Shown piece after piece: positions 1 through 9,436 of a stretch of DNA of 42,107 nucleotides (the stretch's first letter is position 1; every line of letters begins with the position of its first letter). The stretch is taken from NCBI RefSeq assembly GCF_001194135.2, contig NC_068989.1, forward strand, positions 36,270,696 through 36,312,802, in the 5' to 3' direction. The position numbers and the translations under genes were made by a program. The notes below the pieces were generated by a model, which was not told the origin of the DNA, did no database searches, and saw nothing but the letters and a program-made list of their open reading frames with translations. The DNA is from Octopus bimaculoides (taxonomy: Eukaryota).

Positions 1-34
<34 letters not shown>

Positions 35-70
35 GTAGTATATAATACGCATATGTAATATATATATATA
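1..70. repeat. (TA)n microsatellite
   Basis: Pure ATATAT run at the window start, degenerating towards 70. Confidence 0.95.
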
Positions 71-399
71 GTTCGTAGATGAGAATCAGATATTCTCCGT
101 ATACAGTACACTCAGTAGTGTCTCAAGAGGTTTAAACTTGACCAGGGAGAGGAGTAAATGTAGAGATAAGCAAGTTAGGCAGGTCGATATCCAAAGAATA
201 TTAAATACATTGAATACAGAAAAGTATATATGTATACATACAAAAAGTTCCACCCCCCTTACTCAGAATAGAAATGATATAGTATATATGATAATATGTA
301 TGTATATATACATGTATGTATGTCTGTCTGTATGTATGTATGTAATCGTCTAGTCTTGGAAAATGTTTAGTGCCCAATGGCCCTTGTAGATTTCGGGAC

Positions 400-720
400 C
401 AGTAAAATCTATGCCCTCGTGGAAGTTCCATTTAAACTGTTGTATGTTAACATTCACAGTACAGGAAAGACATGGGCAAGGTGTTGATTCCAGAAGGCCA
501 ATGTTCTAGGAAGGAGGAATTGGGTGCAGTGCTTGGAGATTGAACACAACAAAGTTGATGGCAGGTTGACAGATTAGTGGATCAGGGGTACTGAATGGAG
601 GAGGTAAGAGACTAACCAGCTCTGAGGAAGTGAGGTCAGTATAGCAGCAGTAGAAAACAAAATAGGGAGGAGACAGCATGTCTAGAGGCAAGGAGCAAGC
701 TAATCAGTCGATCCAGGATA
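400..720 (-). mobile_element. Degenerate 3' end of a CR1/L2-like LINE (RT C-terminal tail)
   Basis: Minus-strand frameshifted translations LASRHAVSSLFCF / SSELVSLLPPPF / FLLPRTLAFWNQHLAHVFP match the order of the C-terminal motifs of CR1/L2-type ORF2 (xRRxVSSLxLFY..SSEL..L.PP...SFIPRTxxLWNxLPxxVFP). Confidence 0.65.
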
Positions 721-1164
721 CGTGTAGTTGAACACCGTAACAGCACACTCCATTATGAAAGTCTCATTTGAGCTTTGTTGTGCGCTAGCAATTGTTAGAG
801 TCTGATGTATTTTTGTACCTGAAGATAAGAGTCCGAACGATATAAAGTACGTACGTTCACCGGGAGAGTTCCTCAATGACAGTAATAGTCAACATTTGAT
901 ACGACCGTCAGGGAATCTAGATGAGAAGTGTACGACGCAGTTTTCTTGATATGAGGAATGCTTGGATTTTGGGGCATTAAAACACACTTTACCTACATAT
1001 ATATGCGTTATAAATGTGAGAGAGACGAATAGAGAAAAGAAGTGAAAGACTTGTGGCGGGGCAAGAAAAGAAATGTCTATGTATGAAAAAGAAAAATACG
1101 AAAAGTGAAAGATAGAGGCAATCTTTATAGGGCTTTGTAGATGATAAAAAGAGGAAAAGGACCG

Positions 1165-1350
1165 GGCTGATACAAACACACACACACGTGCAAATGTGTA
1201 TGCATATGTGTATAGATATATATGTACACATACACAAGCATACAAGCAAATGTATATATATATGCATACACACATATACATATAGAGAGAGGTATAAATA
1301 TATGTCTACATGTATATAAATACGCGCGCGTGTGTGTGCGCGCGCGCGCG
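1165..1350. repeat. Compound CA/TA/TG/CG microsatellite ending in an alternating purine-pyrimidine CG tract
   Basis: Directly visible; 1323-1350 is cgcgcgcgtgtgtgtgcgcgcgcgcgcg. Confidence 0.9.
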
Positions 1351-1957
1351 ATTAGAACGTGTAAAGAATAGCGAGCCGTATAGAAAGAAATTAGAGACAA
1401 ACACGAAGACCTCCCTATGTAGCTACATACAAACATGAACGAGCATAAGTGAAGAGAATTATGTATGGGGGAGTTAGAGGATGGGCAAATGACGAAAGAA
1501 ACGGAGCGAATGGCGGTGGGTAAGAGACAAAAGAATTTTGTTTTATCAAAGGTTTTGAGCGGCGTGAAAGTAAATAACAGTTGTGTTATGGTTTAAAATA
1601 TCTGTTTCGTGGGCCCTTTCCCCCCCCCCCCNNNNNNNNNNNNNNNNNNNNNNNNNNNNNNNNNNNNNNNNNNNNNNNNNNNNNNNNNNNNNNNNNNATC
1701 CTCATCCTCCTTTTCCTCATCCGCTTCCTCCTTCCCCTGCGGTGTGGTAATCATAAACTGGAATTGTTGCTCTGTTGAGAAGCTCACTACCACCACCTAT
1801 CAGGTCAGCGCCTGATCAAGCACAAACCCTAATAAAATGACTGGGTTTGCGTCCGTTTCGACGGTGACTGCGCCAATTGTTCGACCATCACATTCGTTGT
1901 CTTTAAATTGTATGTGGCCGTGTATTCCGCAGACATGAATATTCTTAACCCGGAAGT

Positions 1958-2088
1958 CCTTCGGTATTAATAGACGACGTCATTCACCCACATAAACTTC
2001 CCTCATAACAGACAAAGAGGCTAGGCTGAAAAAGAGGGTGGATGACGTCGTCTCCTCATAGCGATAGTCTGTTTGCCAATACCGAAGG
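1958..2088. mobile_element. Small palindromic MITE-like element
   Basis: ccttcggtatt (1958-1968) is the exact reverse complement of aataccgaagg (2078-2088); agacgacgtcattcaccc (1972-1989) pairs with gggtggatgacgtcgtct (2036-2053) with one mismatch. Confidence 0.55.
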
Positions 2089-2119
2089 ATCGCCTCTTAA
2101 CCCTTAGCGTAATCATCGT

Positions 2120-2345
2120 GCTGAATGAGTGACAGAAACACTGTGCGGGACTTTTGAATTACAGGTACAATCCATCCATTGTTCAAGCTTCCGCACAGGT
2201 TTCTGTCTAGTTTCACTGAGAAAGTGTGGATTGGCCTGAGGTGATAGTAAAATACACTTGCCCAATATGCCACTCACTGAGATTGAACCTGGGATATGTT
2301 GATTACAAAGTGACCTTCCTATCCATTCGGCCATACCTTTGTCTT
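2120..2345 (-). mobile_element. tRNA-derived SINE, degenerate
   Basis: Minus strand begins ggtatggccgaatggatagg...ccaggttcaatctcagtg (A/B-box-like) followed by the gggcaagtgt-type body shared with other SINE copies in the window. Confidence 0.75.
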
Positions 2346-3349
2346 TATAACAATACAAGACATGTATGGCTGTATTCTTGATGAGTAAAATAAGGGAGGT
2401 TTTTCTGGTATATTACCCGGTATATGACAGCCAAAAGCCTACTTTTGTTGTTGCCGTGTATTATATCCCGGTCTTCACTGATCGTATCAACTTATGATTA
2501 AAAACGTTCTAACTGTGACCATACCATCTGATTTTCAGACACAGTATATCTAGGACTGCATTATCCAGTGTATCCAACCTGATGAGATGTTGATTTTAAA
2601 GAGGAAGAAATTTAGCTGATATTTCTTATAGGTCAAGTGAGCACTAAGAGATGTCATTCTTTGACTCAGATTTTGATGTCGACTATGAGCATGTGTGAAT
2701 GTATGTATGTATGGTCCAGCAAAATGGTTAATCCAGCAAGGTTTTTGAACCAAGGATACCGGGAAATCGGTGGTGTATGTGTATAAAATGTTTTTTTAGA
2801 ACCCCCTGCCCCTCAAAATACCCAGATTGATACACAATTTTAAATTAAGAAAATAATTTTTTCAAAGATATATATATGTGTGTGCCTGAATGTGTGTGTG
2901 TGTGTGGGGGGTTACAATGAGATTTCTCAGTTGTTTTGTTTTCTATTAAAGATGTAGATAATTGTTTTCATAGATGTTAACGTTTTAACTTTGAGTGAAA
3001 TCCTTTTTAGAGCGATTTATACCTCAAGATATAACAAAACGTGATACTAATTTATGTGTGCGTGTATGTCATTTTGATAATTATCTTACACGAAACTCAC
3101 GGCCCTTGAGTTACTTTTGTGATTTCTTGCTGATTAAAAACTATCGGAAACTAAATTAATCCTCCAGAATTAAGTTAGTGATATGTTCTCCTCCCTTCAC
3201 TACATTTATTATATTAGCCCCTACTTAATTATCAACATTTGCTTAAGTTAGTGTGAACATGTTTAATATAGCTAATTAGGTAATTAGAAATAATTATGTC
3301 CTCAAGAAATACAATATTAGGTTCAATAACTAATAATGTTTTAATTACT

Positions 3350-3490
3350 CCAGATTCGAATTTGCCTTTTATCCTTTCAGGAGTCGATAAAAAAGACGTA
3401 CCAGTTGAGTACCGGGGTCGATGTCATCGGCTTACACACCCCCCACACTGAAATTGCGGGCCTTGTGCCCATATTAGAAACTAATTATTG
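3350..3490 (+). mobile_element. SINE 3' fragment
   Basis: cctttcaggagtcgataaaa..gtaccagttgagtaccggggtcgatgtcatcg..ggccttgtgccc..tagaaactaattatt matches the 3' half of the SINE at 5328-5533. Confidence 0.8.
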
Positions 3491-4583
3491 CTGTAATACG
3501 GGAGATAACCCTTGGGGTTTTTCAGTATTATTAAACTTCCCCAGTTTGCCAGTTTTATTTGGGAAAATAAGTGTGACTCTGTGATTCGCTAAAGAGGTCT
3601 AATAAGATCAGAACATGTCGAAAGTTTTCTCCCATGTTTACAAAAATAGGTAATATTGCCTTTCCTTCGTCACATAATTCATTCTAATTAGCTCTTCGTT
3701 CTTGCCTGCATTGCTGATGGTACTTCTGAATAGTATCACAAGATTAAACAGACGTTTCACTCAACGCCCTGACAAATAAAATATCACAAAATGTTGTTTT
3801 ACTCTAGTTCAGTTGTGGTTAAGCAGGCTTATAAACAAAAGTGATAAACCCGTAGCCATTCTGCTACTTTAAAAGCATCCAATATTTTGTGATATAACGA
3901 GGATTTGGCTGTTGTTTCTGGCAAATATAGTGAATCTGTAGAGATTTTCGTGTTGACTGCTCAGTAAGTATAGTGAAACTTCAGTAGCCACACGCAAACA
4001 ACAGAGCTGATCGTGCCTTCCAACTACAAGAGAAATAGCTTCAAGTATATCCCATTTTCGCTTGATTATAAACAGAAGCGTAATTTAGAAGACGTTATTA
4101 ATAATATCAGTAACTAAATACGCAACACCTGCTGTTTGTTTACATCAAATCTACTCGTCAACAGCACACTTGCTTTTTATTTATTTATTTTTCTGCTTTC
4201 ACCAGCTATAAAACATGTAGCTAATAGTGAAAGAAATGCGAAAATTTCTAAACGATTAACTTTGGAACTGCAGTTTAAGCAAAGCACTAGAAGCCAAGTT
4301 ACTAAGGAGAGGAAACAGAAAATTAAAAAAAGAATAAAAATTCCATAAAATAAGTTCGTGTGGTGTAAGGAACCGCGTAAAACATCACAGTTCATCTCTA
4401 TCTTCTTCAAGACCTCAAACTTACTTTACACATCTTATTTACAATTTAATCAAATTTATCTCAATACGAAGACTATGTACTCTATATGGAATAACCAGCT
4501 TGGAACTGAAAACCTGCCCTCGGTTCTCAAATTCTGAGGAGAGATTTACACGCTGATGTTCGACGAAGGATACAAATACAATC

Positions 4584-4783
4584 CAGTAATCCTTCCACTA
4601 TCGCGGGTGTTACGTTCCAAAACGCCCCGTGATAGGTGAAAATCCGCGAAGTAGAAACAGTACTGTACTGTCTATTTTTTAAAATTATTTTTATAAATTG
4701 TATATATTTATTTTATTAGAAATGCAAAACAACACCACGGAGGAATCGACGTAAGCTTTAATAATAATGGCGAGGGATTACTG
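4584..4783. mobile_element. pogo/Tigger-like MITE (~200 bp)
   Basis: Left end cagtaatccttcc and right end cgagggattactg (revcomp cagtaatccctcg) followed by TA; subterminal atcgcggg...ccccgtgat inverted motif typical of Tigger-derived MITEs. Confidence 0.8.
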
Positions 4784-4874
4784 TAGTACTCTCCTTCCTA
4801 CCAACCTTTTGTGTCGCACTCCAAAAATACTATTGAAACATGAACATTTTTACCCATGAAAAGAAGATTTATAT

Positions 4875-5285
4875 TTCGATAGCAGCGGGATTTGAACTCT
4901 GGGCATGAATAGCAGGAGTACGACATGAGTTCAAAAGGTATCCGACTTTATTAATCTTGTAGATGGTTTGAGCTTGAGTATCGCCAAGCTTTTGGCAAAA
5001 CTTGATGCAATATCTTTCCTCGGTGCGTTTGGTGAAAACGAAAATCCGACGAGCGCGCACTGCACGTCTGTACTTTACGCATAACAAGCAGGAACAGACG
5101 CGGCTCGCCAATGCGAAGCACAGGTGAACCGTGTCTGTTCCTCCTTCGGTGGTGTCACCTTCCACCCACAGGATTTTGCCGATGCGGCATTAATTGTGAA
5201 AAAGTAAAGTCGAATACTTTTTGAACGCACCTCATAAACAGTAATGAATTTTTTGAAGATATAATAATTCTACCAATTCGCTACT
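4875..5285 (-). mobile_element. Old SINE head split by the mariner insertion
   Basis: gggatttgaactc...gcaggag|TA and TA|aacagtaatgaatttt...ataattctaccaattcgctac rejoin into a decayed copy of the SINE segment gaatttgaactcagaacgt...aacgtttctgccagctcgcc seen at 5450-5530. Confidence 0.6.
4919..5236 (-). mobile_element. Non-autonomous, internally deleted mariner element
   Basis: TA-flanked ~32-bp TIRs (tacgacatgagttcaaaaggtatccgactttatt vs revcomp tatgaggtgcgttcaaaaagtattcgactttact, 7 mismatches in 34); interior 5033-4953 encodes TKRTEERYCIKFCQKLGDTQAQTIYKI, a mariner transposase N-terminus (xEQRYCIKFCxKLG). Confidence 0.9.
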
Positions 5286-5327
5286 TTGCGAAAATGAGCT
5301 CTCTATTAACCTAATTAACACAATAAT

Positions 5328-5533
5328 CCTTTCTACTCTAGACACAAGGCCCGAAATATTTGAGGAGGGAGCCAGTCGATTACATCGACCCCAGTACGCA
5401 ACTGGTACTTAATTTATCGACCCCGAAAGGCAAAGTCGACCTCGGCGGAATTTGAACTCAGAACGTAGCGACGGGCGAAATACCGCTAAGCATTTCGCCC
5501 GGAGTGCTAACGTTTCTGCCAGCTCGCCGCCTT
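5328..5533 (-). mobile_element. Young full-length tRNA-derived SINE with 17-bp TSD
   Basis: Head aggcggcgagctggcagaa (A box) ... gagttcaaattcc (B box); flanked by identical ctaattaacacaataat at 5311-5327 and 5534-5550. Confidence 0.95.
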
Positions 5534-5844
5534 CTAATTAACACAATAATAGCTTCCTACTTACCTTTTATGCGACACCCCAGAAATTTTATTCGGACGA
5601 AGAAACTTTTACAAACAAAAAAGTTTATGTTTATATAAAAGGAGCTGTACTAATCTATTTAGATGAAATATTTGGGTCAGAGAATTTAATCTTGCCCAAA
5701 AATNNNNNNNNNNNNNNNNNNNNNNNNNNNNNNNNNNNNNNNNNNNNNNNNNNNNNNNNNNNNNNNNNNNNNNNNNNNNNNNNNNNNNNNNNNNNNNNNN
5801 NNNNNNNNNNNNNNNNNNNNNNNNNNNNNNNTATATATATATGA

Positions 5845-5965
5845 CGGTCTTCTTTCAGTGTCAGTCTACCAAATCCACTCATAAGGCTTTCGTCAGCCCA
5901 AGGCTATAGTAGGCTATAGCCCAAGGTCTGAACCCGGAGCTATGTGCTTGGGAAGCAGCTTGTAT
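5845..5965 (-). mobile_element. SINE fragment (second family, cttcccaaccacat-type)
   Basis: cttctttcagtgtcagtctaccaaatccactca...tgtgcttgggaagcagctt is the reverse complement of the body seen at 17751-17940 and 20888-21030. Confidence 0.8.
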
Positions 5966-6351
5966 CCATATTCACGGGCAAAACACGTGGAATTTCTACG
6001 GGCTTTGCTGGTTATTATAATTACGAGGAGGAAAAATGTTCAAAGTTAAAATTATTAAATATTCTTCAAGGAGAAAACAAGCTATACAAAGCAACATAAA
6101 CGCGCATGACCCAAGAACAAAATTCAGTTTAAGTTCACATATTGAATTTCCGGTGCGATGCTTTTAAGCTCAAATATCTCTAACAGAACAAAACACCTGG
6201 GATTCTGCCGAAAAATTTAAAGAACGGTATACACATGATAAAAATGTAATACATCTATCTCAAAGGTATAAGAGATTACGATACGAACCTACTGTCAACA
6301 ATAATTAATAACATGAAAGCCTACAAATAATAAACGGAGGCAACAGTTTCC

Positions 6352-6470
6352 TGAGGCGAGGCTGTGTGGTAAGAAACTTGCTTCCCAACCACATGGTTCA
6401 GGGTTCAGTCCCACTATATGGTACCTTGTGAGTGAAAGAAGCCCGTCGTATATATGTATATATATGTATA

Positions 6471-6505
<35 letters not shown>

Positions 6506-6720
6506 TTGTGTCAATGTTTGTCCCTTACCACTGTTTAAAAACTGGTGCTGGTGTGTTTACGTCACTGTAACTTAGCAGTTTGGCATAAGAGACCAATAGA
6601 ATAAGTACCGACTTTGAAATAAAATTAAGTACTGGGGTCGATACAAAACTAAAAATTTCAAGGCGGTGCCCCAGCATGGCCGCGATCAAATGGTTGCAAC
6701 AAGTGAAAGATAAAAGATAT
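6352..6720 (+). mobile_element. SINE with internal TA/TG microsatellite and internal deletion
   Basis: gctgtgtggtaagaaacttgcttcccaaccacatggttcagggttcagtcccact head, central microsatellite, tail ggtgccccagcatggccgc...gaaagataaaagata; approximate TSD gcaacagttt (6340) / gcaaacagttt (6724). Confidence 0.9.
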
Positions 6721-6996
6721 GAAGCAAACAGTTTTGGCGGGAAAACTCACGCACTTCTGAAGTTCGCCTTTTTTACCACAACAGATCAGCTAATGCTGAG
6801 TGGTCAAGCCATGTTCGCATAGGTGTTAAAGCCTTTTATGGTGACATATAGCCTATGGTAAGTTGTAGTTCTATGCTGGGAATACCATAGAACGATGGTT
6901 CGAAACTCAGCAGGTGCCTAGCAACAAACTTATTTTGATATCAGTTATGCTGACGCATGATGTTTTCACATGACTGATATCAAAATCACGTGATAG

Positions 6997-7187
6997 TAAT
7001 AATTCTTTATACTACTGGCAGAAAGCCTGAAAATTTGAAGTACTTGAATGGTGCTTATTTCATCGACCCCGAAAAATAAAAAGCAAAGTCGACTTCGATG
7101 GAGTTTGAACTCACAACGTAAAGACAGCCAAAATGCCGCTATGCATTTTGTCCGTCATGATGACGTTTCTGCCAGCTTGTCGCTTTG
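6997..7187 (-). mobile_element. SINE, degenerate
   Basis: atcgaccccgaaa..gcaaagtcgacttcgatggagtttgaactcacaacgtaaag...tttctgccagcttgtcgc, same family as 5328-5533. Confidence 0.85.
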
Positions 7188-7302
7188 TAACAGTAATCAT
7201 AAACAAAGGAAGAAGATGAAAAAGTTCAGATTTCGGATACAGACCTTACTGATCTCGAGAAAAGTAAATTATGTACATGAAACAACATTAATATTTCTAA
7301 TG

Positions 7303-7435
7303 ATGGAGCATTGCCAAGTGGTCAGGGTATTGAGATCACTATCCTAAAGGTCGTAGGTTCAATTTATGGTAACCCGTTGTACCTTTGAGCAAGAACTTCA
7401 TTTCATGTTGCTCCAGTTTACTCTGTTGAAATTCG
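7303..7435 (+). mobile_element. tRNA-derived SINE head fragment
   Basis: ccaagtggtcagggtatt...gtcgtaggttcaattt...ttgagcaagaacttcatttcatgttgctccagt, same family as 19581-19835. Confidence 0.7.
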
Positions 7436-7455
7436 ACCAGCTCAGTGCTGGTGCA

Positions 7456-7465
7456 ACTCTCTGTC

Positions 7466-7545
<80 letters not shown>
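7456..7545. repeat. (TCTG)n/(CT)n microsatellite
   Basis: Directly visible. Confidence 0.95.
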
Positions 7546-7547
<2 letters not shown>

Positions 7548-7619
7548 TCCTGTTATCACGCCCGAAATGTTCTACTGAGCCGAGAGGGCCGAGACGGTGT
7601 CTATGTCAACGCAATCACC

Positions 7620-7759
7620 TCAAACAACAAGCGAGAGCATAGTACAGGCAGTCATAACAGCATTATATATTATATCCATTATGAGAACTAATACCGCAGT
7701 ATTAGTCCGCAATGTGGACGCTGAAAAAGTGTTTAGACTTGTTGAATTTGTTGTGCAAT
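7620..7759 (-). CDS. Candidate terminal exon encoding a small-residue spacer plus hydrophobic tail (GPI-signal/TM-like)
   Basis: Acceptor tttaattctttcattaaaagtattgtcttctacag| then phase-1 frame (D)CTTNSTSLNTFSASTLRTNTAVLVLIMDIIYNAVMTACTMLSLVV*. No homology recognised. Confidence 0.2.
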
Positions 7760-9319
7760 CTGTAGAAGACAATACTTTTAATGAAAGAATTAAACGATAT
7801 AGTATTAACAACAATAACTGTCTAACAATTAATGGTGCATATTCAAAATGAGCCCGTAAAGACCATCGCAACTAATGCCTTTCCCTTATCTTATTAAATA
7901 CAACGTTGTACTTAATGTTGCTACAATATTAACAATGACAAAGAAAGTCGCCATGTTTTATTATTAGATTGTGTAGAGAAGGCCAGGGGTAAAACTTGAA
8001 AATCCTTTTGAAAGTTTAAAACTGATTTAGTGATCATGGGATTTCGTATTGATTAATATGACAGAATGATTTTACTGAGAAAAGATGAGCTCGAAGTAAA
8101 AAAAAAACAACAACGAAGCGTATTCAGTGAAATTAGGGTGAGTTATAAGTGCCAACATGTCAGAATATAAGAGATCTCAAAGGAATACATCGTAAGCTGA
8201 ATAGAATAATTCTACAAAGAAAAAAAGTGAGTGACAAAGCAAAAATAAGATGGAAACTATCAGACTTTTCATTGTTTTCCCAACATCAATGAAATAAACT
8301 GAAAGTTAAGTCATATTTTAAATATTAAACACAAAGGAAAATTATCTAAAATCAGTAACACACAATTTTTATGTACCTAAACAAAATGAAGGCGGAGATC
8401 TTACGCAGCTGGAGTTAGGTTATAAAACATTACAGCTGATCTAGACACCCACACGGAGAGGGGGTAAATAAAACAAAACAAAACAAAATACTCTATGAGA
8501 AATAATATCATAACATGAAGGAGAAAAAACACTATACTCTGTTCATAGAGAAACAAAAAAATATGTATATTTAGTAGAAACAGGCGATCTAATTGCACAC
8601 ACACCGGAGAATACAAACATCGTAATGACGCATACGCCAGAAACACAAACACATGAAAGAATTGAGTAAAGAAATAAAAAAACAGAACAATTGAGAAAAT
8701 GAACACCACATGGGAATTACACAGCCAATTCCTTAAAAGAATCAATAAACCGGATAGTGACAAAGAACAGATTTTACTTTCTTTGCTAGGAAAAATATCT
8801 CTTCACATTAGGGAAAGCATAACATGCCCCGTACTAGAAGAAATATATTTTAAAAGAAAATATTAACTCTGGGTTTTTGTTAGGTATTGAATTTACTCAA
8901 ACTTTTAGTTAAGTTAGTGTTACCATATTTAATGTCAGGAGAATTGAAATGTTAACTAGAAATTAAACGGTAGAGAGAGCGGCAAATGATATTAGTCAAT
9001 GACTTATGTAATGTTCTATTTAACCATTAAATTAGGAGATAATTCCAGGTGTATTTTATTTTGATTTTCTTAAAAAGGTCTTATCTCCCTGTTTAGCATT
9101 TACGTAGCCAGTTTCATGAAATCGTCTAGCTATTTCAGTTGAATGTGCAACGTAATAGCAATCTTTATGTAGCCATATTGAAGCAGTTGATCATCATCCA
9201 TGCATATCGATCTATAAACATGCTGGACAGTCACTGCCGCGGTTAAATATATTCCAAATGAAAGTGCATTTATGCATAAACTCAGAAGTTATAAAGAGTA
9301 ATAACAGGCTGTTGATACT

Positions 9320-9346
9320 CCCCCCTCTCTCTCTCACACACACACA

Positions 9347-9432
<86 letters not shown>
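9320..9432. repeat. (CT)n(CA)n microsatellite
   Basis: Directly visible. Confidence 0.95.

Positions 9433-9436
<4 letters not shown>

Noticed and set aside
819-839. Hammerhead-like ctgaaga...cgaac (similar ctgacga...gaaa at 18612-18632 and ctgatga at 27692)
   Set aside because: No stem II pairing, GAAA box incomplete or unpaired, and no flanking stems I/III.
5450-5533. tRNA gene (also at other SINE heads)
   Set aside because: A/B boxes are present but run into SINE body sequence, with no cloverleaf or acceptor stem.
8177-8272. Signal-peptide-like minus ORF MKSLIVSILFLLCHSLFFF (similar MATFFVIVNIV near 7955, MILFLIEYFVLF near 8510, MMWHLLFVLVTL near 17395)
   Set aside because: T-rich DNA translates to F/L/I/V by default; no convincing donor and phase-compatible downstream exon could be linked.
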